Virus record (IMG/VR): IMGVR_UViG_3300010396_000020
Coordinates: 1 to 45,032 of that record
Direction: 5' to 3' (one strand)
DNA length: 45,032 nucleotides
From: a virus
The notes under the pieces are model-generated. The model did no database searches. It was given only the letters and a program-made list of their open reading frames with translations, and had not been told where the DNA came from. Every line of letters begins with the position of its first letter. The first letter of the stretch is position 1. The translations under genes were made by a program, and so were the position numbers. Of the stretch, positions 29,433 through 39,610 are shown in pieces.

Positions 29433-30825
29433 TCCAGTTGTTTTTAATCCAAATCTGATTTATGAAATCATGATTAACACAAGTCAGATGCATCCTTGGA
29501 GAATAGTCAGCCATAAGATTTCCATCTTTGTCAACATATCTCATGGAATAACCTTCAGCCCATCTGATTCCTTGCTTGCCTCTGACAAGTCTGACTCCAG
29601 AGTTTTCCATTGGATGATTGGTGATTTGAGATGGATTTGTCTGCATGAAAATAATGTCACTCTTGCAGCTCTTCAGGTACTCTTTGAGATTGAAAAACGC
29701 ATCATTCCACTTGATCTCTTCATCTCCATCAAAGACAAATATCCAGAGTTCCTGATCAGAGTCCATCTCCTCAATCCAGTCAAATAAAAGATTACGCTTC
29801 TGAGATTGTGAATCATAGAATCTTCCCATGGCTGGCCTGAAATAAAACTCCTTGAACTTTTTCTCGTATGCCATGCAAACATCTTTTGAGCCATCATGAG
29901 AATCAGATTTGGCATGAAATCCCTTCATATAGGAACCATCCATCACATAAACAGCATCAATTCCATCAATGGTTTTGAGAGATTCAAATGCCCTTGGCAA
30001 GAACTTGACTTCTTCCCTGATGGACATGGCCACGACTAATCTGATAGTATCAACTCTTTCAAAGAATATTCTTGTAGAGTCTTGGGCCATCATTGGAGTT
30101 CCATCCTCAAGTTTGTATTGTTCTCGATATCTTATCCAATCGATTGATTTGTGTTTGATTCCAACTTTTATCTTTCCTCCATATCTAAGATGTGTCATGT
30201 TTACATCACAGTCAGCCATCACAGGGATTCCCAATTCATAACATCGTGTATTGAATGTGACATCTATTGAAGCGGCACAATTAGGATCAGAGTCTTTGTT
30301 CCATTCAAAGTCAGTCTCAAAAGGAATCTTTTCAACAATATCTCTTCGAATGAACATCAGTGGAAAGCCAGAAAATAAAACCCTGATAATGTTTCCTTCT
30401 TTGATATCTTCCTCAGTTGCCCAATCATAGAATCTCAACTGTTCTTTGTTTGTGTGACTTCCATCATCCCAATTTCGATTTGGAAGATTCCTGATACATA
30501 TTGCATATTTGTATCGGTTTAAGCTCATGTCAACGTTGCATATTCCAGAGAGAACAGGATAGTCAAATGCCTCCAAGTCATTGATGAGAGCTTCAATGTG
30601 ATGATTCTCAACAATCAAGTCATCTGGCGCAATTACAAGATGAGTGTATTTTTGGAATCTTTCATCATTGAGAAAAATATCCCTGATTCTTCTGTAAACT
30701 TCTGGCTCTGTTCCCATGGAATTGATATAATTGCAAGAAAGTTGATCGAATTTGAGTTCATTTCTCTTGTCAAGGACTGGCTTGATGTCTCTTGCTCTCA
30801 TGTTACAGATTAGAGGTTTGATCAT
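29338..30825 (-). CDS. Two-domain GT-A-type glycosyltransferase.
   Basis: The N-terminal half has HLVIAPDDLIV (DxD-like) and FSGFPLMFIRRD. The C-terminal half has VVAMSIREEVKFL...VYVMDGS...FVFDGDEE, which is GT2-like. ATG 30825 forms an ATGA overlap with the upstream stop. Confidence 0.7.
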   Translation of the reverse strand: MIKPLICNMRARDIKPVLDKRNELKFDQLSCNYINSMGTEPEVYRRIRDIFLNDERFQKYTHLVIAPDDLIVENHHIEALINDLEAFDYPVLSGICNVDMSLNRYKYAICIRNLPNRNWDDGSHTNKEQLRFYDWATEEDIKEGNIIRVLFSGFPLMFIRRDIVEKIPFETDFEWNKDSDPNCAASIDVTFNTRCYELGIPVMADCDVNMTHLRYGGKIKVGIKHKSIDWIRYREQYKLEDGTPMMAQDSTRIFFERVDTIRLVVAMSIREEVKFLPRAFESLKTIDGIDAVYVMDGSYMKGFHAKSDSHDGSKDVCMAYEKKFKEFYFRPAMGRFYDSQSQKRNLLFDWIEEMDSDQELWIFVFDGDEEIKWNDAFFNLKEYLKSCKSDIIFMQTNPSQITNHPMENSGVRLVRGKQGIRWAEGYSMRYVDKDGNLMADYSPRMHLTCVNHDFINQIWIKNNWNEKSSERILEKQKYLQQRSKESNERRLESVR

Positions 30826-31223
30826 TTTGTTGGCCCCCAGATCATGGCAAGTGGAAGATTCCACTCTGTTGATTCTGGAGAAACTGTCACTCCCAATGAT
30901 TTCATGAAATCAATAAAATCCTTGCAATTCTGAGCTCGCTGTTCTTTGGTCAAAGGTTTCCAATTTCCCCCTCCCTTTTTGCCCTCTTTTGGCTTCCAAG
31001 ACTCATCAAACTTTCTGCCAAGCATCTCATGGCATAATTTTATCATATCAAAAGCGGCAACTCTGGCATCGACAGGAAGTTTTTCATCACCTTTGATTTG
31101 CCAGAGTTCTTCATTTTTTGCTTTTATAAAAGTTGTAATCTCTGGAGTAACTGATTGAGGATTTGCCTTGAATAACTTGTGAAACTCGAAAATCTTTGCT
31201 TTATCATCGATTGAAAGGCTCAA
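30822..31223 (-). CDS. Hypothetical protein, 133 aa.
   Basis: TTG start at 31223, 22 nt downstream of the box at 31246..31257. Confidence 0.6.
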   Translation of the reverse strand: MSLSIDDKAKIFEFHKLFKANPQSVTPEITTFIKAKNEELWQIKGDEKLPVDARVAAFDMIKLCHEMLGRKFDESWKPKEGKKGGGNWKPLTKEQRAQNCKDFIDFMKSLGVTVSPESTEWNLPLAMIWGPTK

Positions 31224-31245
31224 TGCAATCTTATGAAGATTATAA

Positions 31246-31257
31246 CATTAATAAGCA
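31246..31257 (-). promoter_or_regulatory. TATA-like promoter box, in a divergent intergenic region.
   Basis: Minus strand reads TGCTTATTAATG, 22 nt before TTG 31223. A plus-strand box-like ttcttaaaag at 31279..31288 precedes the plus-strand gene. Confidence 0.55.
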
Positions 31258-31300
31258 TTATGCGAGATTCAAGCTCTATTCTTAAAAGACTGAGATTGTA

Positions 31301-31606
31301 ATGCGTATTATGACAAAAAGAAAACTCATCCAAATCAATATTGGAATAGTTCTTGGAATTATTGTTGGATTGACACTTCATCAGTTAGCATTTGGGGAAC
31401 AGCAAGGCCAGATTGTCAAGGTTGAGCCAAATAACGGCCCTCCATACTATCAAGTACATTATCTAAAGGTTGGAGAGAAACCAAGTCTGTATAATTACAA
31501 ATGCTGGGGATGCAATTTCCATGACGAGATAAAAATCTACAAAGAGACTGGATTATGGAATTGGAGTCTTGGGAGTCCTTCAGAATGGATTTACTGGATT
31601 AACTAA
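31301..31606 (+). CDS. Single-TM membrane protein, 101 aa; the second plus-strand gene.
   Basis: TM segment INIGIVLGIIVGLTL. Converges on the fibre gene with a 4-nt overlap. The start may be the second ATG at 31310. Confidence 0.55.
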   Translation: MRIMTKRKLIQINIGIVLGIIVGLTLHQLAFGEQQGQIVKVEPNNGPPYYQVHYLKVGEKPSLYNYKCWGCNFHDEIKIYKETGLWNWSLGSPSEWIYWIN

Positions 31607-33294
31607 ACCTTAGCTGCAACAAACCAATTTCCTCCAGCTGCAAAAAGGATCGCAGATGCAAAGGTTCCTCCAGTGAGTGTATAAGCTCCGGATGCTTGGC
31701 CATCAACTGTCTGGCCTCCAACAGTAACAAGAAAGACAGAATGGCTTCCAAGGTTTTTAATTATCAAGAATCTCCCAAGATATTGATTGGCATCTGGAAG
31801 AGTACAGTTTCTAGTAAATGAATTGTCAGTCATTGTAATAATCAAGTCACTTCCAGCCCCATTCAGAGAATCAACTGTGTAACTGGCGTTACTTCTCTGA
31901 TTAACAACCATTGATATTCCTTGATAAAATACATTGGGCTTGAAAGCTCCAAAGTAAAAAGTATTTTTGGCCGCATTCTGAAAGAGATGTCCTCCGGAGT
32001 TTGCATACGATACAAAAGAGCCAAGAGTGTCGATAGTCAGTGGAAGATTATTTGGAAATGGATCATTTGCTGTGGTATCTATAACGAGTCTTGAACCAAC
32101 ACACGTAACATTTCCATTGGATCCATCTATTGAGAATAAAGGCGTTGGAATTGCTGGAAATACTGGAGATTCTAAAATCGAAACTAAAAATTTTCCTGAT
32201 GTTCCATTAGTTGCAACCATTCCAGATAATACGACAAAACTCTTTTGACCAATTCCAGTCAATGAATCATAATTGAATGTACCAAGAATTTGATTTGGAA
32301 TCTGACCAAGACCATTGTATAATTTGTATGCTGGAGCTGCTGTTGTACTTTGTCCTACTGTCTGCATTATTCCACAATTTGCAGTTGAGCTCATCCTAAA
32401 GATATTGAAGAGTCCATTTACTGTATAGTTGATTACCTGTCCATCATTGGAAGTAGAAATTTCAATCAGTCCTCCAGTTGATGCAAATTGGATATTGTTG
32501 ACGTTTGTAATGAATTGGTTCTCCATGTTGAGAGTCTTGAAAATGTCAACCTCTCCAGCCCTGATGTTCATGATGTTGTTGAGTCCTATCCAGAAGGAGT
32601 GTTGGAGTTGTGTTGGTCCAGATGAGTTGTCAGTGTAATATTGCAAGCCAGTTGTTATGAAATTGATAGTTCTTTGTGCGTTGTCAAAGTTTGTATTTTT
32701 GAAAGATATTGATGGAACATTGAGGATGTTGAATTTGTTCATGTCCAAGTCTGAAGTTGCTGGATTGGTAAAGCCAGAGGATGATCTTCCTCCCTTTGAT
32801 ACGACATACATTCCAACTCCAGAGATTCCAAAGTCATCAGATAGAGTCAGGTCAAGGAACTCATTTTCTGCGAGAGTGACATCAGCATCAAGATAAAGGT
32901 TCCCCTTGGTTCCTGTCAGGTCAGATGCTTTTTTCAGAGTGAGTGTCTTTCCTTTTACTGGCCTGATTCTAACAATCTGGCCTTTGCTAAATCTTCCATC
33001 AATGTAATGGAGTGTTACGGTTCCAGTTGAGGGATCGTCAACCAAGAAATTTGTTGACATCAAATCAACATGATAAAATCCGGAGCTTAGAGTCACTGTA
33101 TTTGTGAAGGGATTGAGTGAAGTTACTCCCATCAATGTTCCGTTGTTGTATGACTTGGCCCCTGAGCCAAATGCAGAAGAGTCAACATTCTGGCCAATTC
33201 CAGCAAAGTTGGCGATTACTCTTGTTACTCCAATCTTGTTGTCAAGAGCTTTTATTGACTTGAATAATGATGGAGGTTCGTTCCAGAGACTCAT
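31603..33294 (-). CDS. Tail fibre or spike protein, 563 aa.
   Basis: Rich in N/T/S/G and beta-strand-rich. Follows the large tail protein with an ATGA-type overlap. Confidence 0.65.
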   Translation of the reverse strand: MSLWNEPPSLFKSIKALDNKIGVTRVIANFAGIGQNVDSSAFGSGAKSYNNGTLMGVTSLNPFTNTVTLSSGFYHVDLMSTNFLVDDPSTGTVTLHYIDGRFSKGQIVRIRPVKGKTLTLKKASDLTGTKGNLYLDADVTLAENEFLDLTLSDDFGISGVGMYVVSKGGRSSSGFTNPATSDLDMNKFNILNVPSISFKNTNFDNAQRTINFITTGLQYYTDNSSGPTQLQHSFWIGLNNIMNIRAGEVDIFKTLNMENQFITNVNNIQFASTGGLIEISTSNDGQVINYTVNGLFNIFRMSSTANCGIMQTVGQSTTAAPAYKLYNGLGQIPNQILGTFNYDSLTGIGQKSFVVLSGMVATNGTSGKFLVSILESPVFPAIPTPLFSIDGSNGNVTCVGSRLVIDTTANDPFPNNLPLTIDTLGSFVSYANSGGHLFQNAAKNTFYFGAFKPNVFYQGISMVVNQRSNASYTVDSLNGAGSDLIITMTDNSFTRNCTLPDANQYLGRFLIIKNLGSHSVFLVTVGGQTVDGQASGAYTLTGGTFASAILFAAGGNWFVAAKV

Positions 33295-36200
33295 GATGCA
33301 CTCACTATAAAGATGACACTTCCTGAAATAGTTTGAGAATCAGTTCCAGTGAATGTGTGCTGGCCGATTGTTGAAGCTGGAACAAACAGAGGGAATGTAA
33401 ATCTTCCAAACAAGTCAGTTCCAATAGTTCCAATCAAGGTTCCATCATACGTCAAGGTTACTGTTGATAATGGAGTGTAATTGAATCCAGTCAATGTCAC
33501 TACTGTTCCAGAGGGGCCGCTTGGCCTTGATATGTTCAATAGAGCCGTTGCAAACTTTTTGACTCCAAGTCCTTCAATATAATATCCAGAGTGATCCACG
33601 ATATGCTTCACTGACTTGAAAACTAGAGTCTGAGGACTGTTTGGAACCCTTGGGCCTGACAATAAGAATGTCTGTCCAAATCTTGCTCTCACATCTCCAG
33701 AGGCAGTAAAGTAAGTAAACTGTGGATAGAATGACAGTCTTGTTGCAATTCCAACAGCTCTGGCTTGTGCATTGAGATAATCTGTCTCTGATTCGTAACT
33801 TTCTTTTTGGTATCTTGCAAAGGGCAGAGGATTGAGACTGGAGTTGACAATCAATTCTTTTTCGAAATACAATTCATCGATTGCTATGTTTGCATGATCT
33901 ACTAGCTGATTCGAGTGTATTGGCTGGAAGTTACTGGAGAACTGTGCAAGTGCATCCTGTCCGGCATTCCAATAATATGACACTCCTTGCTGTAACAACT
34001 GAGTAAGCTGATCATATCCGGCCTGTTGGCCAGCGATGTAAAATCCAGACTTGTTGAGATATGGAGATGCCATCATCATTCCAAATCCCTTGACATTTCT
34101 CCAGTCAAACGCAATTCCAGAGAACTCTTTTTCTGTGATATACCCATCCCATGGGAAGGTAAAGTTTAACAGACTGAATAGTTCGTCAGGCCTTCCAATA
34201 TACATCTGCTTTGGCGCATTGGGGCCAAATGGAATCCTGATGTCATCCCAGCCTCCATTTCGTCTGAGTGCAAAGTCAGAATAATAAATCCTGTCAAAGA
34301 CATCAATCGCCCAGAATATCATTGGGATTGATTCAATTCCAGTGACAAGGTTTGTGACAGTCTCGACTCCCTTTGTGTAAAGAGCAACACTCATCTTGAA
34401 TCTGATTGCTGAAATCTTTCCAAGATCCTCGGAGTCAAGACCATTGTTCCAGCCAGTCTGTCCTTTCCTGTTGTAAGTGAGATTGTAAGAATCAAAGACT
34501 CCTAAAACCGGAGCTACTCCAGAAGCTCCACTCCCTCCGTAAAGATGGCCAACTTCTCCTCCAGATGTTGTGAGTCTTGGATATGGGAACATGAAAGATA
34601 GCCAAGCTCCTCTTGATGACATATTTGCATCGTTTCCTCCATGGGATGCATCAAGCCAGTTGAAAGTTGCCTGAATTGCTCTGTTTGGAATGCCTGTTGG
34701 ACTTGTGATGTTTTGAATTACAGAACAGATGTGGAATGGCGAGCCTCCAAGTCCAAGATTTATTCCATTTCCAGAACTGTCAACTCCCCAGACAATTTCC
34801 CAAGGAGTGGAAACCTGAGTCCAATGAGTGGGATCACCTGATGGATGGGTAAACGAGGGGCCAACTGGCTTGATACAATGATAGAATAATCCTCCATCTG
34901 TGACGTAATCTCTTGGAGTATAGATTCCAAGTGATGACCAAGCTGGTTTTGCAACTCGGTATTTCAAAACATTGGCTTGATCCATATCATTGACAACATC
35001 TCCATCAGTTGGCGCATTGGAGAAAGTCCAAACTCCGCTTGGAAGATATGTTGCAACTCTTCCAATTTTCCCAACGAATGCGCCTGTTGGAACTGGCCCC
35101 ACAAGAACTCTCTGGAATGGATAGAGTTGAGCTCCAGTGGGAGGGTTATTTGTGTGCATAAAGACGTATTTGACTGATAGAGTCAGATATGGATTGGAAG
35201 GATCAGTCCTTGTGTTTGTGTCATAAATTGCCCTTGCAATATTCCAATCCCAGAACATTCCAACATAAGGAACAAGATTGATGTTTCCTCTGCCAGCCAT
35301 GTTGGCCGCATAGTCCACAGATGAGCTAGTCCATGGACTGGGATCAATGAATGTCAATGCTGACGGATTGGTTGAAAAGTCCTCAAACCAATGCGAAGGA
35401 TCACTCTCTGGAGGAGTTGATGTTGGGCCAACATCCTTGATACATTTGAAAAATCTCAGCCTGTTATTTTGATTCGAATCTCCAAGATTGGTTCTCTTAA
35501 CCAAAAATTGTGATATCTGGGTATAAGCTTGAGTTGAATCCCATTCAGGCCTTCCTCTATAATTTCCATCTCCAGCCGCATGAAGCCAGTTTGACGCAAA
35601 TCTCATGTGACCAGCTGGAAGGCTTCCCCCATTGGAGGAACAGTGGAGTATGCATTGGTTCTTTGTTCTTGTGTTGTCAGTGATTGCAGTTTTTTCTTGT
35701 TGCTGGCCAGCTGGAGAGCCTCCTCCAGATGGAATCGGAGTGATTGTGACTCCAGAATCAGTTCCTCCAAATACATCAGCAATAATTTCCTGTGACAGAG
35801 TAAATGTCGAGCTTGGTTTGTCATCAAAATAATAATCAGCAAAGACTCCTCCAAGGGCCGAAGGGAGGGCAACTTGGTTGATAACATCACTCATCAGGTC
35901 ATGGACAGCAACTTCTTCAGCTGGAATCCAGTTGATTTGGAGATTTGGATTATCTGGAAGATTGTTTGTTTGTATGAAAAAGGCCACAGAGGGGGGGGAT
36001 ATTGGGCCATTCTTACCAGCTTCAATGACAAGATTGTTGAATCTGAGCTTTGGAGTTGTGAAGATATCCTGTCTTGAACATGGAGTCTCTTTGGTGACGT
36101 ATGCTATTGACAACAAAGGCACACTGATAACTTCTCCAACCTCATCATCTTCTTGGATTGATGCCTCTCCAAGCTGAGCTCTGAAAGGAATAGAGGAATA

Positions 36201-36494
36201 TGTCACTCCATTGATTATCTGAGTCATCTGGATTTCAATCAGATAATTTGATTTGGCATAGCTATCGAAAAGATTTGGAGATGATGGATCCCTGATAAAA
36301 GTTCCAAAGGTATCAATCTGTAATTTGAGCTCTCCAGAATTGGTTTGCATAATACCCTCGTTAGTCCATTCCAGTCTCTCAAACCATGGCATCATATCGC
36401 CAGCGATTACTTTACCCTTGGTTACAGCTGCATTGTTTCGAAATATTTGATTTCTGTCAAGCAAAGTGATTGACAGTGGAGTTGGAAGGCTCAT
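33291..36494 (-). CDS. Large tail or baseplate protein, 1067 aa, with two CBM5/12-like modules and a C-terminal Ig-like (IPT/TIG-like) domain.
   Basis: Repeated motifs are EWDSTQAY...RFFKCIKDVGPTSTPPESDPSHWFEDF and AWSSLGIY...LFYHCIKPVGPSFTHPSGDPTHWTQV. The C-terminus is SGPSGTVVTLTGFNYTPLSTVTLTYDGTLIG... Confidence 0.7.
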   Translation of the reverse strand: MSLPTPLSITLLDRNQIFRNNAAVTKGKVIAGDMMPWFERLEWTNEGIMQTNSGELKLQIDTFGTFIRDPSSPNLFDSYAKSNYLIEIQMTQIINGVTYSSIPFRAQLGEASIQEDDEVGEVISVPLLSIAYVTKETPCSRQDIFTTPKLRFNNLVIEAGKNGPISPPSVAFFIQTNNLPDNPNLQINWIPAEEVAVHDLMSDVINQVALPSALGGVFADYYFDDKPSSTFTLSQEIIADVFGGTDSGVTITPIPSGGGSPAGQQQEKTAITDNTRTKNQCILHCSSNGGSLPAGHMRFASNWLHAAGDGNYRGRPEWDSTQAYTQISQFLVKRTNLGDSNQNNRLRFFKCIKDVGPTSTPPESDPSHWFEDFSTNPSALTFIDPSPWTSSSVDYAANMAGRGNINLVPYVGMFWDWNIARAIYDTNTRTDPSNPYLTLSVKYVFMHTNNPPTGAQLYPFQRVLVGPVPTGAFVGKIGRVATYLPSGVWTFSNAPTDGDVVNDMDQANVLKYRVAKPAWSSLGIYTPRDYVTDGGLFYHCIKPVGPSFTHPSGDPTHWTQVSTPWEIVWGVDSSGNGINLGLGGSPFHICSVIQNITSPTGIPNRAIQATFNWLDASHGGNDANMSSRGAWLSFMFPYPRLTTSGGEVGHLYGGSGASGVAPVLGVFDSYNLTYNRKGQTGWNNGLDSEDLGKISAIRFKMSVALYTKGVETVTNLVTGIESIPMIFWAIDVFDRIYYSDFALRRNGGWDDIRIPFGPNAPKQMYIGRPDELFSLLNFTFPWDGYITEKEFSGIAFDWRNVKGFGMMMASPYLNKSGFYIAGQQAGYDQLTQLLQQGVSYYWNAGQDALAQFSSNFQPIHSNQLVDHANIAIDELYFEKELIVNSSLNPLPFARYQKESYESETDYLNAQARAVGIATRLSFYPQFTYFTASGDVRARFGQTFLLSGPRVPNSPQTLVFKSVKHIVDHSGYYIEGLGVKKFATALLNISRPSGPSGTVVTLTGFNYTPLSTVTLTYDGTLIGTIGTDLFGRFTFPLFVPASTIGQHTFTGTDSQTISGSVIFIVSAS

Positions 36495-37015
36495 GGAGGC
36501 GTTGTCAGAGTTCCTCCCTTGGATAAATCAACGGAGAAATCAAAGATTTGATTCTGTTTGCCAACAAATCCAAAGTGTATCTTGTCAATAGACATTCCCT
36601 GAGTCGAGGTTGGATCAAAAGTTAGAATATCAGCATTTGGAATGTATAGTCCAACATTACCATAAAAGAAATTTGTTGAATCAAGCTGTAACTGATTCTT
36701 GAATCCATAGAGTTTTTTCATGTCTGCGTTTGGATTTGATGGAGTAAAACCTTCCTGATTCTTGAAATTGCCATAAAGTGTGAATCGTTCTCCCTTGGCC
36801 CCATTGTCTATCTTTCTGATGAATCTTGTTCCTGAAATGTTTGGAGAAGGCTGATTGACTATGTTATTCTCAGAATCAAAATCAACTCCTTCAAGCATAT
36901 TGTCAGGGTAAGTAAAAAACAACACATTGGCCACTTGAGTTGGATCAGCCAAGAGTTGTGCAACTGTCAACCCAGCATTGGAAGGCCTTCTGATGTAGAT
37001 TGCCGAGTCTGCCAT
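36491..37015 (-). CDS. Tail-module protein, 174 aa.
   Basis: Track ORF; 4-nt overlap with the downstream large tail protein. Confidence 0.6.
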   Translation of the reverse strand: MADSAIYIRRPSNAGLTVAQLLADPTQVANVLFFTYPDNMLEGVDFDSENNIVNQPSPNISGTRFIRKIDNGAKGERFTLYGNFKNQEGFTPSNPNADMKKLYGFKNQLQLDSTNFFYGNVGLYIPNADILTFDPTSTQGMSIDKIHFGFVGKQNQIFDFSVDLSKGGTLTTPP

Positions 37016-37017
37016 TG

Positions 37018-37767
37018 TTATTGACCTCGATACAAAGCGATATATTTCATATAATCATTTCTCCCAGCCTTTGTATTTGAGGATTCTGGGGTTCCCTGTC
37101 TGACAAGAGGGCCAGCATCCGGAGTAAAAAACACATCTCCAGAACTTGCATCAATGGCCTGTTGGATTGATGGAATAGAAACAACAGCATCCTTGATCAT
37201 CTTTCGAATATCAAGCAAGCCTCCAGCCTCAAACTCTTTCTCAATGGTTTGAACAAGTTTCTCGTACACTTCAGGCGCAAAGAGTATGAGAGAACCGATT
37301 GCACTTGATTGAAGTAAAGAGACAAGCTCTCCCATGACAAATGATTTAGGATCCAATACAAGTTTGGCATAATCCTCCTTGGAAAGATTGTCAAAATTCT
37401 TACTAAAACCTAATTGCTTGAGTAAATCATCCTCAACTTCTTTTTTGAATTTGGTTCGTGATGACTGTTGGGATGATTGGCCAGACAGTGGAGCTCTTCC
37501 AGCTGCAAGAGGTTTCTGGCCAGTTGGCAAGCCAAGGGGATTGATATACTGACCAGCTCCAACCTTGGGGCCAGCCATATTCTTTGGAAGGGTTCCATGA
37601 GAACTCTGAGGAATGTTGATTGGAGCTAGTCCGGCAGCTAGTTTCTTTCTTGATTGATTTACCTTCTTTTGGATGTCATCAAGTTTCTTGGCCTTCTTTG
37701 CCTCTCTTTCCAGCCACTCTGGATCAATAAGGCGCAGATCAACAGGTTCCTCGATATCGTCTGGCAT
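37018..37767 (-). CDS. Tail- or internal-module protein, 249 aa, with a low-complexity P/G/Q-rich centre.
   Basis: Track ORF with a charged helical N-terminus followed by LAAGLAPINIPQSSHG...GQKPLAAGRAPLSGQSSQQSS. Confidence 0.6.
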   Translation of the reverse strand: MPDDIEEPVDLRLIDPEWLEREAKKAKKLDDIQKKVNQSRKKLAAGLAPINIPQSSHGTLPKNMAGPKVGAGQYINPLGLPTGQKPLAAGRAPLSGQSSQQSSRTKFKKEVEDDLLKQLGFSKNFDNLSKEDYAKLVLDPKSFVMGELVSLLQSSAIGSLILFAPEVYEKLVQTIEKEFEAGGLLDIRKMIKDAVVSIPSIQQAIDASSGDVFFTPDAGPLVRQGTPESSNTKAGRNDYMKYIALYRGQ

Positions 37768-37770
37768 AGT

Positions 37771-38316
37771 CTATCTTCGCATTATGTGATTGATCCATTT
37801 AACAGTCTCGGTATTGAGCCTCTCCTGACAAACTTTTCTTTTCTCTTTGATCGTATCTGAGATAAATCTTCCAGCTGGTTTCCTTGGTATCTTGACCTTT
37901 CTTCGAAATACTGGAGAGCCATCTTCTCCCAAAAACTTGAGATGTGGATTAGGCCTGTTCTTCTTTGCTGTGATGTCATACTGTTTTCTTCCCCTCTCAA
38001 TCATGACGGCAACTGGAAAACCCTTTTCAGACACATAATCAGACTTGACATAAAATTCAATAGCTCTTCCTCTGGCCCCAAATGATACAGCCTTAGAAAG
38101 AAGATATGTCCTCTCAACAATTTTCTTGGATATTCCAGCCGCTTCCATCTTTCTTTGAATGGTATCAATTATCTCCTCGTTGATGATCTTGGTTGCAGTA
38201 AAGACGGCAAATCCTGAATATTGAAGTTTTACCTGTGCAACTCTGAGCCTGATGTCAGATTTTTGAGGTACATTGAGAATGAGATAATCCTTCTTTGAGA
38301 GAACTATATTTGCCAT
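37771..38316 (-). CDS. Neck or tail-module protein, 181 aa.
   Basis: Track ORF called from position only. Confidence 0.6.
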   Translation of the reverse strand: MANIVLSKKDYLILNVPQKSDIRLRVAQVKLQYSGFAVFTATKIINEEIIDTIQRKMEAAGISKKIVERTYLLSKAVSFGARGRAIEFYVKSDYVSEKGFPVAVMIERGRKQYDITAKKNRPNPHLKFLGEDGSPVFRRKVKIPRKPAGRFISDTIKEKRKVCQERLNTETVKWINHIMRR

Positions 38317-38804
38317 TAGCTGGATTCTTGCAACATATTTGTAAATGCAATTACTCTTCCATGGACTGGAACAGTAACAACATCACCTTGAACTCTCACA
38401 GTTCCTATCTTCTGGATGTCCAAGGTGACTCTGAGATTGACATAAGGAGTAGAGCCTCCATTCTTTGTCTTGAACTTGCCAACATAGGTTCCAGTTACTC
38501 TGTTCTTCAAAATCTCTTTCTGATAAATCCAATAAGAAATTGTCTTGGTATTTGTTGGAGGAGATACAGTGTCAGCCTCATCATTGGTGAGGATGATTTC
38601 CATGTCAAACTCGTGATTCTGACCAGCTCTGACCAAGGCAAGATTGCCTCCCACATCATATCTGTCAGTATCTAGCCAATCCCATTCGATGTCAAGAGTC
38701 TGCAAGGTATTGAATTTGTAAAAGTTGGAACCTTCTTGTAACTGGATAAAACCATCAAAACCCTCAGCACGATCCGCTATTTGGTTGATGTCAATATTTC
38801 CCAT
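38316..38804 (-). CDS. Neck or tail-module protein, 162 aa; possibly the tube protein.
   Basis: Track ORF called from position only. Confidence 0.6.
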   Translation of the reverse strand: MGNIDINQIADRAEGFDGFIQLQEGSNFYKFNTLQTLDIEWDWLDTDRYDVGGNLALVRAGQNHEFDMEIILTNDEADTVSPPTNTKTISYWIYQKEILKNRVTGTYVGKFKTKNGGSTPYVNLRVTLDIQKIGTVRVQGDVVTVPVHGRVIAFTNMLQESS

Positions 38805-38837
38805 TGATTCTCAATCTCTGTCTAATTATTAAAATCT

Positions 38838-39605
38838 TTATCCAGAGACAATTTCGATATGCATAATCACAGTCTCAAGATTGTCATATCTTACGCTGTA
38901 TTTCTGGCTCATTGGTATTGCCTGAAGAGTTCGAGTGTTTGATCCCTCATGCATCACGACAGTTACAGCATTCTTGGCCAAGATGTATGCCGCAATAGCA
39001 TCAAAATTGGACTTTCTATATTCAACTTCCAAGAACTTTGCCCCATAGGTTGCCTCTGGAATTGGAACAGTTGTTCCAGCAACATCAGGCCTTCTCGTTG
39101 AATTTCTTCCCTCATCTCCATCTTGGGAGAGGACTTGCATTCCAGTAACGGAACCGATGTCAACTGTGATATAAGCTCCAATGAGGCCTTGGCCTGTCTC
39201 GGACTGGATATCCTCTGGAGTTACATCAAGATAAGAATGGACATGGTAAAAGGGATCCTGTTCATAGTCAAACTGACTCCAGTTGAAAATTTCCCTGAAG
39301 AGTTTTGTTCCGGCCAGTTGTTGAGCTTCAAGTGTTGACCTGATTACATCCTGAATGCTTTTGGCAGTTGCAATCTCATCAGATGCAGAGCCGGAAACTG
39401 GAGAATAAAGATGGCATCTGAAAACTTGCTTGATGTCCTTGAGTTTGTAATCCTTGTTAATCTGCTCTGGAGAGAGCTGTTCAATGTCAACTCTGATGGC
39501 CCTTGGCCATCTTCCTTTTACCAGCTTGAAATCATTGATTCGAACTGTGACTGGATAGGTTGCAGCTACAAGAAAGGCCTTGATCTGTGCGTTTGTTACG
39601 GTCAT
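38838..39605 (-). CDS. Neck or head-completion-module protein, 255 aa.
   Basis: Track ORF called from position only. Confidence 0.6.
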   Translation of the reverse strand: MTVTNAQIKAFLVAATYPVTVRINDFKLVKGRWPRAIRVDIEQLSPEQINKDYKLKDIKQVFRCHLYSPVSGSASDEIATAKSIQDVIRSTLEAQQLAGTKLFREIFNWSQFDYEQDPFYHVHSYLDVTPEDIQSETGQGLIGAYITVDIGSVTGMQVLSQDGDEGRNSTRRPDVAGTTVPIPEATYGAKFLEVEYRKSNFDAIAAYILAKNAVTVVMHEGSNTRTLQAIPMSQKYSVRYDNLETVIMHIEIVSG

Positions 39606-39610
39606 GCGTA

